Below, piece by piece: positions 28,256 to 37,599 of a stretch of DNA of 64,000 nucleotides. The notes beneath the pieces are model-generated. The model was not told the origin of the DNA, did not search any database, and worked only from the letters and a program-made list of their open reading frames with translations. The stretch covers positions 134,765 through 198,764 of the forward strand of contig JANNXA010000009.1 of the NCBI GenBank assembly GCA_031409275.1, in the 5' to 3' direction. How positions within the stretch are numbered: position 1 is the stretch's first letter; every line of letters starts with the position of its first letter. Position numbers and translations under genes: made by a program. The DNA is from Planctomycetota bacterium. GTDB taxonomy: Bacteria > Planctomycetota > B15-G4 > SIAN01.

Positions 28256-30775
28256 ATGAAGCGGTCGCGGCGGGCGGAACATGGCCGGGCGGTGGCGACG
28301 GTCGGCGTGGCACTCACGCTGGCGGTCGTCGCGGCGCGCGCGCTGTCGTTGGCCGATCGTCTCGAGCGTCAGTCGATCGACCTGCGCTTCGCCTATGCCC
28401 CGCGCCCAGCTGCGCCGCTGCACGACGCGATCTGCTTCGTCGACATCGACGACGGCGCGCTCGAAGTGGGTGGCCGCTGGCCGTGGCCGCGCGATCGCCT
28501 CGCCGCGGCGCTGCGTGAAGTGGCGCGAGCGGGCGCCCGCACCGTGGCGCTCGACCTGCTGCTCAGCGAAGCGGAGCGGTCCGGCGCGTCCGACCGCACG
28601 AGCGGCGACGTCGCGCTGGCCGAGGCCGTCGCCGCCGCGCCGACCGTGGTCTCGATCGACCTTGGAGACGACGACGCGCGCGCCCACGCCCGTCGCACTT
28701 CGCACCTGCTCGAGCTGCAGCAGCGACTGCGCGCGCTGGCACGCGAGCGCGGAACGCTGCCGGACCTCGCCACGACGCTCGCCGCGCTGCGCCCGGCCGA
28801 TGCCAGCGTCACCCTGAGCCGGCGCGACGGCGAGCTGATCGCCACGCTGCACGCGCAGGAGCGAGCATGGACGCAGCTCGCCTCGCACTTCCTGGTCGAC
28901 GAGCGCGACGGGCCGTTGTTCGCCAAAGCGCCGCTGGTCGAGCTGGCGGCCGCCGCGCGCGGCGCCGGCTTCGTCAACTTCGCGCCCGACGACGACGGCG
29001 CGCTGCGCGTGGTGGCTGCGCTGCGCGACGCGCGCGGCGGCCAGGCGTTGCAGTTGGGACTTGCCGCGGCGCTGACCCATCGCGGCCTCGCGGTCGACGC
29101 GGTCTCGGTGGGACCCGACGAAATCGTCCTCGGCGACGTCCACCTGCCGCTCGAGGAGGGGAAGCTCTGGCTCGTCTGGCCGACGACGCGCGAGCCGGGA
29201 GATGCGCCCGCGTGGCTGCGCTGCGCGCCGCGCTGCTCGCTCGGCCGCGCGCTCGACCTCGCGGAGGCCGAGGTCGACCTTGCGCGGCAAGGCGTTCGCC
29301 AGCGCGAGTTCGCGGCAGCGATCGGTGCCGAACTCGGCATCGCGGCCGCCGGCGACGCGCAGCTCGCCGCCGTCGCCGACGAGGCGCGCTTTCGCGTCGA
29401 GGAGGCCGCGGCCGCCGCCGCGCAGGAGCCCCTCACCGCCGACGAGGAGGCGCTGCTGCAGCCGTTTCGCGACTACCTGGCGTTCGAGCGCGTGCGCGAG
29501 CAGGCGCGCGGCGACATCGATCGCGCGCGCGCGCACCTCGCGGCGATGCTGCGCGACAAGCTGGTCTTCATCGGCTGGACGGCGACGGGCGCGGCCAGCG
29601 ACTTCGTTCCGACTCCGCTGTCGCCGCGCACTCCGGGCGTGATGGCGCACGCGGTCGCGGCCGACATGGTCCTCTCCGCTCGCGCGCTCCACTTCGCGCC
29701 AGACGCCAGCGGTCCGCTGCTGACGTTGGCGATCGGACTGCTGGCCACGCTGGCGAGCCTCCCGCCGCTGTGGCTCGCGACGCTGCTCGGGAGCGCGCTG
29801 ATGACCGCGTACTGCGCCATCAGCGGCTGGCTCTTCGCGCACCAATCGCTCGTGGTTCCGCTGGCGGCCCCGGTCGTCGCGGGCGCGCTGGCGTGGATCG
29901 GCGGCGTCGCGGTGCAGGCGGCGTTGGCGCGGCGCGACCAGCAGCGCATCACTCGGCAGTTCAAGGCGCGCGTCGCGCCGGAGCTAGTCGACTACCTGGT
30001 CGAGAATCCCGACGCACTCTCGATGGCGGGCGAGCCGCGCGACGTCACCTGCTTCTTCGTCGACCTCGCCGGTTTCACCAGCCTCTCCGAGAAGCTCGGC
30101 GCGCAGCAGACGGTCGCGCTGCTGAACCGCTGCATGCGCGCGACGACCGAGGCGCTGACTCGCCACGGCGCCTACGTGAACAAGTACCTCGGCGACGGCC
30201 TCATGGCGTTCTGGTCGGCGTTCCGCCCCGATCCCGAGCAGGCGACTCACGCCTGCCAGGGGGCGTTGGCGGCGCAGGCGGCGCTGGCGACGGTGATCGA
30301 CCCGAAGCAGGTCGCCGCGCGCATGGGGATCGCCAGCGGCCGCGTCATCGTCGGCGACTGCGGCGCCCCACCGCTGCTGCACGACTACACCGCGATCGGC
30401 GATGCCATCAACCTCGCCGCGCGCCTCGAATCGGCCAACAAGCAGTTCGGCACCAAGATCCTGCTGGACGGCGTGACGCGGCGCGCCGTGAAGGACATGA
30501 CCTTGCGCTTCCGGCCGTGCGGTCGCGTCGTCGTCGTCGGCCAGACCACTCCGGTCGACCTCTTCGAGCTGGCGCCACCCGAACTGACTGAAGCGGAGAT
30601 CGAGGCGACCGCGCGCGCGGTCGAAGCGTTCGCTCGCGGAGAGCGCAGCGAAGCGGAGGCTCTCTTCCGCGGACTTGCGGCGCGCTTCGGCGAGAGCAAG
30701 CTCGCCCGCGTCTACCTCGACGCGCTCGCCGAGCCGACGGCGCTGGACGGCATCCTGCACCTCCATTCGAAGTGA
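28256..30775 (+). CDS. CHASE2-domain class III adenylate cyclase
   Basis: FVDIDD..GRWPWPR, DDDGALR, TPGVMAHA (CHASE2); three TM helices; FVDLAGFT, NKYLGDG, DYTAIGDAINLAARLES. Confidence 0.9.
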   Translation: MKRSRRAEHGRAVATVGVALTLAVVAARALSLADRLERQSIDLRFAYAPRPAAPLHDAICFVDIDDGALEVGGRWPWPRDRLAAALREVARAGARTVALDLLLSEAERSGASDRTSGDVALAEAVAAAPTVVSIDLGDDDARAHARRTSHLLELQQRLRALARERGTLPDLATTLAALRPADASVTLSRRDGELIATLHAQERAWTQLASHFLVDERDGPLFAKAPLVELAAAARGAGFVNFAPDDDGALRVVAALRDARGGQALQLGLAAALTHRGLAVDAVSVGPDEIVLGDVHLPLEEGKLWLVWPTTREPGDAPAWLRCAPRCSLGRALDLAEAEVDLARQGVRQREFAAAIGAELGIAAAGDAQLAAVADEARFRVEEAAAAAAQEPLTADEEALLQPFRDYLAFERVREQARGDIDRARAHLAAMLRDKLVFIGWTATGAASDFVPTPLSPRTPGVMAHAVAADMVLSARALHFAPDASGPLLTLAIGLLATLASLPPLWLATLLGSALMTAYCAISGWLFAHQSLVVPLAAPVVAGALAWIGGVAVQAALARRDQQRITRQFKARVAPELVDYLVENPDALSMAGEPRDVTCFFVDLAGFTSLSEKLGAQQTVALLNRCMRATTEALTRHGAYVNKYLGDGLMAFWSAFRPDPEQATHACQGALAAQAALATVIDPKQVAARMGIASGRVIVGDCGAPPLLHDYTAIGDAINLAARLESANKQFGTKILLDGVTRRAVKDMTLRFRPCGRVVVVGQTTPVDLFELAPPELTEAEIEATARAVEAFARGERSEAEALFRGLAARFGESKLARVYLDALAEPTALDGILHLHSK

Positions 30776-30810
30776 GCCGCGCGCCAGGCGGGGTTGCGCA
30801 GCCGGTGCAG

Positions 30811-31371
30811 CTACCAGCCTTCGTCGTCGCTCGGCACGTCACCGCGAAGGAGTTCGACGTCGGCCTGATCCTGGAGCGATTTGCTCTTGCGACGAGCGGG
30901 GTCGCGTGACGCGCGCAGTTTGAGCTCGATCAGGTCGTCACGCGTCACCAGGCGAACTCGCTGACCGCGCACGTCGTGCTCGGACGCGCGCACGATCGCC
31001 GCATCGAACGACGGGTCGAACGCAAGCTGGACGGGCTCCCCGGAAGCGTGCCGGAAGTTGAGCGAGTGGGCGAAGGAACCGGTCGCGGCGAAGCCGGCCG
31101 AGGCGAAGGCGCGACCGAGCTCGAGTCGATCGGCGCTGGAAGCGACCGCGAAGTCGACGTCGAGCGTGGAGCGAGCGCGCCGGGCGTGGAGGCCGACCGC
31201 GACGCCTCCGATCAGCATGTAGGGAACCCGGATCTGGTCGAGCAGAGCCGCCGCCTGCAGGAGTGCTGCGAGCTGATCGCGTTCCGGTCCCATCGTCGCG
31301 GCTCCCGTCCACGCAGCCTGCAACGCGAGGTCACGCGCGCGCGTTCGAGCCAGTTCACTGAAGAAGTCCAT
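30811..31371 (-). CDS. Nucleotidyltransferase (AbiEii/MenT-like fold)
   Basis: YMLIGGVAV...RSTLDVDF and LIELK...QDQADVELL motifs; GAGG RBS. Confidence 0.75.
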   Translation of the reverse strand: MDFFSELARTRARDLALQAAWTGAATMGPERDQLAALLQAAALLDQIRVPYMLIGGVAVGLHARRARSTLDVDFAVASSADRLELGRAFASAGFAATGSFAHSLNFRHASGEPVQLAFDPSFDAAIVRASEHDVRGQRVRLVTRDDLIELKLRASRDPARRKSKSLQDQADVELLRGDVPSDDEGW

Positions 31372-31429
31372 CGACCCACCTCGCAGGCGCGGAATGGTAG
31401 CGCGCAGAGCGCAGCTATCGTGCGCGCGC

Positions 31430-32602
31430 ATGAAGTCCGCCCGCCTCACGCAAGGGATCGAGCCTTCCATTCGCGTCGGCCATCCGTGGGTCTTCGCCGA
31501 TGCGCTGCGCCTGCCGCCCGGCCTCGCTGATGGCGAGGTGATCGAGCTGCACGATCGCGACGGCAAGTTCCTGGCGCGCGGGACGGTCGAGCCGCGCAGC
31601 CCGCTCGCGTTTCGCGTCTGGACGCTCGATCGCGATCAACCGGTCGACGGCGCGCTGGTCGATCGGCGCTTCGCTGCGGCGCTGGCGCTGCGCCGCGAGC
31701 TGCTGCGCCGCGACGTCACCGGCTTGCGCGTCTGCCACGGCGAGAACGACCATCTGCCCGGGCTTCAGTGCGACCTCTACGGCGACGTCGCCTCGCTGCG
31801 CACCGACGGCGCGCTCGGCGTGGCGTGGGAGGAGCAGTTCGTCGGCGCCGTGAAGCGACACCTCTCTCCGCGCGCGATCGTCGTGCGCAACCCGCAGCAG
31901 GCGGATGGCGAGGCGCGCGTCGTCCACGGCCACCTCGACGAGGGGGTCGCTGGCGAAGTGGAGATCTCCGAACACGGTCGACGCTTCCATGTCGACGTGC
32001 TGCACGGCCAGAAGACCGGCTTCTTCCTCGATCAGCGCGAGAACCGCGATCGCGTCGCGCAGCTGTCACGCGGTCGCCGCGTGATCAACCTCTTCAGCTA
32101 CACCGGCGGCTTCTCGGTCGCGGCGGCGCAAGGCGGTGCCGCGCACGTCACCACCGTCGACCTCGCGGCGCCCGCGGTCGAGACGGCGCGGCGCAACTTC
32201 ACGCTGAACGGCCTCGATCCGGCGGCGCACGAGTTCCTGGCTGCGGATGCCTTCGACGTATTGGCGGACCTGGCCGCGTCGCCGCCGCGCTTCGACCTGA
32301 TCGTGCTCGATCCGCCGAGCTTCGCCCACAGCAAGAAGACGGTGCCGCGCGCGCAGAAGGCATACGAGAAGCTGAACGAGTTGGCGCTGAAGGCGCTGCC
32401 GAGCGGCGGCTGGCTCGCCACCGCGAGCTGCTCCTCGCACGTGCGCGAGGCCGACTTCCTCGCGATCCTCGCCGCCGCCTCGCTGCGCACCGGCCGTCGC
32501 GTCACGCTCGCCTCGATCTCCGGCGCCGCCCCCGACCACCCCGCGCGTCTCGGCTTCCCCGAAGGGCGCTACCTCAAGTTCGTGCTGCTGCGGGTGGAGT
32601 GA
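31430..32602 (+). CDS. rlmI: RlmI-like class I SAM-dependent rRNA methyltransferase
   Basis: GHPWVF PUA-like N-terminus; GQKTGFFLDQRENR, NLFSYTGGFS, LDPPSF, SCS. Confidence 0.8.
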   Translation: MKSARLTQGIEPSIRVGHPWVFADALRLPPGLADGEVIELHDRDGKFLARGTVEPRSPLAFRVWTLDRDQPVDGALVDRRFAAALALRRELLRRDVTGLRVCHGENDHLPGLQCDLYGDVASLRTDGALGVAWEEQFVGAVKRHLSPRAIVVRNPQQADGEARVVHGHLDEGVAGEVEISEHGRRFHVDVLHGQKTGFFLDQRENRDRVAQLSRGRRVINLFSYTGGFSVAAAQGGAAHVTTVDLAAPAVETARRNFTLNGLDPAAHEFLAADAFDVLADLAASPPRFDLIVLDPPSFAHSKKTVPRAQKAYEKLNELALKALPSGGWLATASCSSHVREADFLAILAAASLRTGRRVTLASISGAAPDHPARLGFPEGRYLKFVLLRVE

Positions 32603-33167
32603 CGGTCGGCAAGTGGAGCTCGCCGGCGAGCCAGCCAGCCATCGCCGAGCGACCGGTCGGCGGGTGCACCACCAGGTAGGCGACATCCCACGGCGCGCGG
32701 GCGAGCGCACGCACGCGCCAGCGCGGGCCCGCTCCGGTGGCGCACGCCTCCGCCATCCGCTGCAGCCGGCGCAACACCGGAACCAGGGCCGTCGCACGCG
32801 GACGGCTCGGCAGCGGCCGGCGCAGCGCCTCGACCAGCAGGAGCGCACCGCAGCAACCATCGATCGCCAGCAGCGCCAGCCAATGCCGGCCGATCGCGAC
32901 GTCGCGCAGCACCAGCGCGCCGGTCGCCTCGAGGACGGCGGCGTAGCGCGCGATCGCGCGCGCGAGCGCCTGCTGCGCGCGTCCGGTGCGGGTCGCCGGC
33001 GCGGTCGGGGCGAGCAGTTCGCGACGCAGCTGCTGCTCGTGCGCAGCGAGCTCGGCGACGGCGTCGACTGCGTGCAACGCGAGGCGCAGCGCCGGCCCAT
33101 CGGTTCGGCGCCCGCGGCCGGCCGACGGGCGCCGACCATGGCCGTGGCCGTGACCCGCGCGGCTCAT
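32574..33167 (-). CDS. Hypothetical protein coupled to the AAA ATPase
   Basis: ATG overlaps the ATPase stop (ATGA); fills the gap between convergent genes. Confidence 0.5.
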   Translation of the reverse strand: MSRAGHGHGHGRRPSAGRGRRTDGPALRLALHAVDAVAELAAHEQQLRRELLAPTAPATRTGRAQQALARAIARYAAVLEATGALVLRDVAIGRHWLALLAIDGCCGALLLVEALRRPLPSRPRATALVPVLRRLQRMAEACATGAGPRWRVRALARAPWDVAYLVVHPPTGRSAMAGWLAGELHLPTVTPPAAART

Positions 33168-34393
33168 CGATCGGGCGCCGCGAAGCCGAGTCGCGCATCG
33201 GCACCGCGCGCCAGCGTGGTGCCGCGATGGAGGCGCTCGTAGAGCTCCGCGAGCGACGGCTCGCTGCCGGGATCGAGCGGCTCGACGGCGGCGGTCGACG
33301 TGGCATTTGACGTGGCAGCCGCCTGTTTCGCAGCGAGCCAGGCGTTCGCCTGCTCGAAGGTGAAGTTCGGCAGCTCGAGTTCCTGCAGGCAGCGGCCAGG
33401 GCGGCGGATCGCGGGGTCGACGCGATGCACCTTCTCGTTGGTGGTGATGAGGAAGACGGCGCGCAGCCCTTGGCCGAGGATTCCGTCGGTCATCGACAGG
33501 AGGTTGCCGATGCGAGCGCCCTGCGTTGCGCGCGACTCCTGCAGCACCAGTTGCGGAGCGTCCTCGAGGAGGAAGAGGCGCGGACGATCCTGCGCGCGCA
33601 ACTGCGTGCCTTCGTTCCAGGCCAGCGTCGGCGGCTCGGCCAGGAGCACCTGCTGCAAGTAGGCGTTGCTGGCGAAGAACGCGTCGGGGTCGGTGATCAC
33701 CTCGGGGGCCATCTGCCCCCACTCGCGCACCAGCGCACGCAACGCCCACGTCTTGCCAGTGCCCGGCGGTCCGTGCCAGAAGACCAGCCGTCCGCGCTCC
33801 CATGGCGACTCGAGCGCCGTCAGCCACGCGAGCGGTTCGCGGCAACCGGGGTAGTTGTCGGCGATCTCGGCGAAGCGCGGGCACTGGACGCGACGCATCG
33901 TGTCGCTGGCGCCATCGCTCGAGTGGTGCCAGAAGCGGACGGCGACGCGATCGGGCTGCCCGACGGTCGCCACGCTGTCCAACGACTTCTCGAGCAGCGT
34001 CGCCGTCGCGGTGTAGCGCTCGGAATCGCCGTAGAGCCACGCGCAAACCGTGCTCGGCGCCACTTGCAGCCGAATCACGTCGCGCGGTCCGCCCGGCTCG
34101 CGCGCCAGCACCGCGTTGATCTCGTCCTGGCGGTCCTCGAGCAGCAGGACGGTCCACGCCGCCGCGTCCGACGGCGCCGCGCCGCCCGTCGCCTCGCTCT
34201 TGCGCAACGCCTGCAGCAGCGCGTTCCAGACCTTCGGCAGCTGGGCGCGCGAAAGCTCGACGATCCACTCGCGCCGCAAGCTGTGCAGCCGTTCCTCGTT
34301 CGCGACGAGGTCGGCGACCTTGCGCACCACCAGCCAGTGCGAGAGCGTGCGCGACTGCAGCGTGATCCCGTCGCTCGGAAGGCGTTCATTCAT
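33164..34393 (-). CDS. AAA ATPase (DUF5925-like N-terminal region)
   Basis: WHGPPGTGKT Walker A, LFLLED Walker B, LLSMTDGILGQG, ITTN, DPAIRRPGRC. Confidence 0.85.
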   Translation of the reverse strand: MNERLPSDGITLQSRTLSHWLVVRKVADLVANEERLHSLRREWIVELSRAQLPKVWNALLQALRKSEATGGAAPSDAAAWTVLLLEDRQDEINAVLAREPGGPRDVIRLQVAPSTVCAWLYGDSERYTATATLLEKSLDSVATVGQPDRVAVRFWHHSSDGASDTMRRVQCPRFAEIADNYPGCREPLAWLTALESPWERGRLVFWHGPPGTGKTWALRALVREWGQMAPEVITDPDAFFASNAYLQQVLLAEPPTLAWNEGTQLRAQDRPRLFLLEDAPQLVLQESRATQGARIGNLLSMTDGILGQGLRAVFLITTNEKVHRVDPAIRRPGRCLQELELPNFTFEQANAWLAAKQAAATSNATSTAAVEPLDPGSEPSLAELYERLHRGTTLARGADARLGFAAPDR

Positions 34394-34474
34394 GGACGGC
34401 GAATGTAGCGGGGGCGCCCGAGGCGGCGCGAATGCGTCGGCCGCAGGGGGCGGGCGGGCCTAGAGTGCCGCGCC

Positions 34475-35608
34475 ATGGATCGCGAGCCGCCGTCCGACGC
34501 CACGCCCCCCGCTCCGCAGCCGCCAGCAGGCACCGCCCCGCCGCCCGCCGACGGCGCCGGCTTCGAGTCGTCGCGCGAGGCGGAGCTGCCGGCCGAGCTG
34601 CTGAGCAAGCGCATCTGCGACTTCGACCTGCGCATCGAGGGGCGCCCGCTCGAGCGGGCGATCGAGCGCTTCCGCGCCGAGAACGCGGCGCGCGGCGTCG
34701 TGCGCGTGAAGCCGGTCTTCTACCTCACCGACTCGTGGGGAGTGCCCGAGGGGACCGTGGCGATCGGCATCCCGTTCTACTTGGCCGACGAGCAACTGCT
34801 GCGCGTGCATCGAAAGCGCGGCGGGATGATCGAGGGCGAGGACGAGGACGACATCCTGCGCTACCTGCGCCACGAGATGGGCCACGTCGTCAACTACGCC
34901 TACCGCCTCTACGCGACCGAGGAGTGGGCCACGCGGTTCGGCCCGATGTCGCGCCCTTACCTCGAGGAGTACAAGGTCGCGCCGTTCAGCCCCGACTTCG
35001 TCCGCCACCTGCCGGGCGGCTACGCGCAGAAGCACCCCGACGAGGATTGGGCTGAGACGTTCGCCGTGTGGATGACCGACGCACGCGACGGCGCGGCCGG
35101 CTGGCGCGACCTCTACGGCGACTCGGCCGGCGCGCTGGCGAAGCTCGAGTACTGCGCGCGGACGATGGAGCAGCTGCGCGAGCGCGACCCGGAGGTGGTC
35201 GACACGCAGCTCGACTACGAGGCGAAGGACATCCGCGCGACGGTGCAGGAGTTCTACGCCGGCTTCGCGATCGGCGACGTCAAGGTCCCGAAGAGCCTCG
35301 ACGGCGACCTGCGGGTGCTCTTCGCTCGCAGCAAGCCGGGAGCGGCCGACGCGGGCAGCCAGCGCCTCGGCGACGGCGCGCTGCTGCTGCACCGCCAGCA
35401 GGACTTCCTGGCCAATACGGTCTACCGCTGGACCGGCGTCGATCCCTCGGTCACCGCGCCGGTGGTCACCCACCTGATCGCGCGGGCGACGGCGCTGAAG
35501 CTCACCTACCCGCTCAACCTTCGCGACGAGATCCTCGTCGAGCTGTCGGCGTTCCTCACCACGCTCGCGATGAACTACGCCTACAAGGGCAAGTTCATCG
35601 GCGAGTGA
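34475..35608 (+). CDS. Putative zinc-binding metallopeptidase (Peptidase_Mx-like zincin)
   Basis: LRHEMGH (HExxH), YAQKHPDEDWAETFAVW. Confidence 0.85.
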   Translation: MDREPPSDATPPAPQPPAGTAPPPADGAGFESSREAELPAELLSKRICDFDLRIEGRPLERAIERFRAENAARGVVRVKPVFYLTDSWGVPEGTVAIGIPFYLADEQLLRVHRKRGGMIEGEDEDDILRYLRHEMGHVVNYAYRLYATEEWATRFGPMSRPYLEEYKVAPFSPDFVRHLPGGYAQKHPDEDWAETFAVWMTDARDGAAGWRDLYGDSAGALAKLEYCARTMEQLRERDPEVVDTQLDYEAKDIRATVQEFYAGFAIGDVKVPKSLDGDLRVLFARSKPGAADAGSQRLGDGALLLHRQQDFLANTVYRWTGVDPSVTAPVVTHLIARATALKLTYPLNLRDEILVELSAFLTTLAMNYAYKGKFIGE

Positions 35609-35657
35609 GCCTGAGCGCGACGCTGCCGCGCGCGGCGGACCGGCGATCGCCGCCTCA

Positions 35658-35820
35658 GAGCCTGAGAAGAAATCCCTCCCGTCGCCCGACTCGCGGCGCA
35701 TCCCGCCTGGCAGCGTTGCGCCTCCTCGCCGTATCTCTCCGTGGATACGCCTCGTCGTCGCGCCTCGCCATGCGGGCGCGACGCTTCGTCCGGCTCGGTC
35801 CGGGATTTCCTCTCACGCTC
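35658..35820. mobile_element. 163-bp MITE-like element
   Basis: 19-bp terminal inverted repeats (GAGCCTGAGAAGAAATCCC / GGGATTTCCTCTCACGCTC, 17/19 match); flanking TCA direct repeats at 35655-35657 and 35821-35823; internal palindromes; non-coding. Confidence 0.75.
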
Positions 35821-37560
35821 TCACCGCAGCTGCGAGCGCTTCCACGGCGGCTTCGCCTTCGCCACCGACCACGGCGGACGGCGGGCGAGGTAGTCGTCGC
35901 GCCGCTCGTGCCAGAGGCGCAGCTCGCGCTCGAGGTCCTGGTGCTTCGCGAGGCAACCCGGCGCCGCCAGCAGCGCGCGCCAGAGCAGCGGGTGGACCCG
36001 GTGGCGGTGCGGCTCCATCGGATCGCCGCGCTGCCCGCGCGGGTCCTTCGTGCTCGCCTGATGGACGCGGCCGTGGAAGCCGGCCAGCGCCTCGCGCGCG
36101 ATCTCGGCCCGCTCGCCGTCGCCCAGCGAGTGCCACGCCGCCCAGAAGAGCGTCTCCGGCTCGACGCGATCGCTCTTCACGCGCTGGCGCGACGCGGCGA
36201 GGTTCTCCGCGACCGCCCGTTTGCGCAGCCGCGCCAGCAACATCGGATCGGTGCGCGCCAGCGTCCGCTCGGCATCGCAGAGGAGCTGGTCCTGCAGCAG
36301 CGAGCCGGCCAGCTCGACGTGCGGGTGGTCGACCAGCCATTGCGCGTGGTGCGCCTCCAGCAGGATCGTCTCGACCATCTCGCCCGCGGTCGGCTTCGAC
36401 ATCTGCGCGCGCTGCTCCCAGCACGCCTCCTCGTAGAGCATCGCGACCTCGAGCGGCCGGTCGAACTCGGCGATGTCGGCGACATCGAGCACCTTGCCGC
36501 TCTTCACGTGCCATTCGCCCGCGATCTGCAGCCGGTTCAGGTTGCCTTCGCTGTAGCGCATCACCTGGTCGGGCCGGTAGCCGTCCTCGTCGGGATGCGC
36601 CACCTGCCAGTAGCCCGGGTCGACGTTCTGCGCGTTCCAGCGCACCTTGCGGCCGAAGGCGAAGTTGGTCTGGAAGACGTCGCGAGCGCTGCCGATCGGC
36701 CCACGGCGCGGATCCATGAGGCCGCGCGGCGGGGTCGCCGCCGGGCTGAAGCCGCGGTCGAGGAAGGCGTTCTCGACGGTGAGGCGTCCGATCGCGCGCG
36801 GATGGAAGGCGCCCGCCCAGTACTGCCCGAGAATCGTCTCGAACGCCTTGCGCCGCCGCGTCGTCGCGCGGAACGAGCGGTCGTCGGGATTGGGGTAGTC
36901 GAAGATCCAGCAGGCGAGCTCGGGGTGGTTCAGCTTGGTCGCGATGTCGTCGGCGAGCAGGCTGCCAGCGAGGAAGGTCTTCGCCGAGAAGGAAAACTGG
37001 CCGCCGCCGTGCGCGATCGACGAAGCGAGCCCCTCCGCGCGCGGCATGCCCCACACCAGCTGATCGAGGAAGCGGACGAAGCGCGCGTCGTAGAGCCATG
37101 CGAGCGGCACCGGCTTGATGCTGTACTCGTAGACCTCTGGGTCGATGCCGAGGCGCACCTCGAAGGAGCGCCCCATGCGCGGATCGGAGAAGCTCAGCAC
37201 CGCGCGCAGCGTGCCCCACGGATCGCGGTCCCAGTCGAGCTCGCAGCGCGCGAAGCGGCACGCTGGGTCGCCCTCGAGGAGGAGGCGGCGGTAGCGCTTG
37301 GCGATCGCGCGCGCGACGCTCTTCAGCTTCTTCAGCACGTAGCCGTTCTTGAAGTAGGCGTCCTCGCCGCCCTCGTGATCGGTCAGCCGATCCCATTTCT
37401 GGACGAGCTTCGGGCTCGTGAAGGTCGGCTCCATGCTGACCCATGCGTCGGCGAAGCCCTGCGCCCCGGAACGGCGGCACTCGGCGAGCCGGGCGTGGAA
37501 GGAGTCGACGAGCGGCCGAGGGGTCGCCGTGCGCTCCGGCCGTGCGTGCTTCGAGGTCAT
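35821..37560 (-). CDS. Hypothetical protein, probable glutamine-synthetase-fold carboxylate-amine ligase (DUF2126/amidoligase-like)
   Basis: Strong coding bias; ordered motifs SMEPTF, DPEVYEYSIKP, GGGQFSF, NHPEL, WEQRAQ. Confidence 0.6.
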   Translation of the reverse strand: MTSKHARPERTATPRPLVDSFHARLAECRRSGAQGFADAWVSMEPTFTSPKLVQKWDRLTDHEGGEDAYFKNGYVLKKLKSVARAIAKRYRRLLLEGDPACRFARCELDWDRDPWGTLRAVLSFSDPRMGRSFEVRLGIDPEVYEYSIKPVPLAWLYDARFVRFLDQLVWGMPRAEGLASSIAHGGGQFSFSAKTFLAGSLLADDIATKLNHPELACWIFDYPNPDDRSFRATTRRRKAFETILGQYWAGAFHPRAIGRLTVENAFLDRGFSPAATPPRGLMDPRRGPIGSARDVFQTNFAFGRKVRWNAQNVDPGYWQVAHPDEDGYRPDQVMRYSEGNLNRLQIAGEWHVKSGKVLDVADIAEFDRPLEVAMLYEEACWEQRAQMSKPTAGEMVETILLEAHHAQWLVDHPHVELAGSLLQDQLLCDAERTLARTDPMLLARLRKRAVAENLAASRQRVKSDRVEPETLFWAAWHSLGDGERAEIAREALAGFHGRVHQASTKDPRGQRGDPMEPHRHRVHPLLWRALLAAPGCLAKHQDLERELRLWHERRDDYLARRPPWSVAKAKPPWKRSQLR

Positions 37561-37599
37561 CGCGGCGGATGGTAGCGGCGCAGCGCGCGCTCCCGCCCG

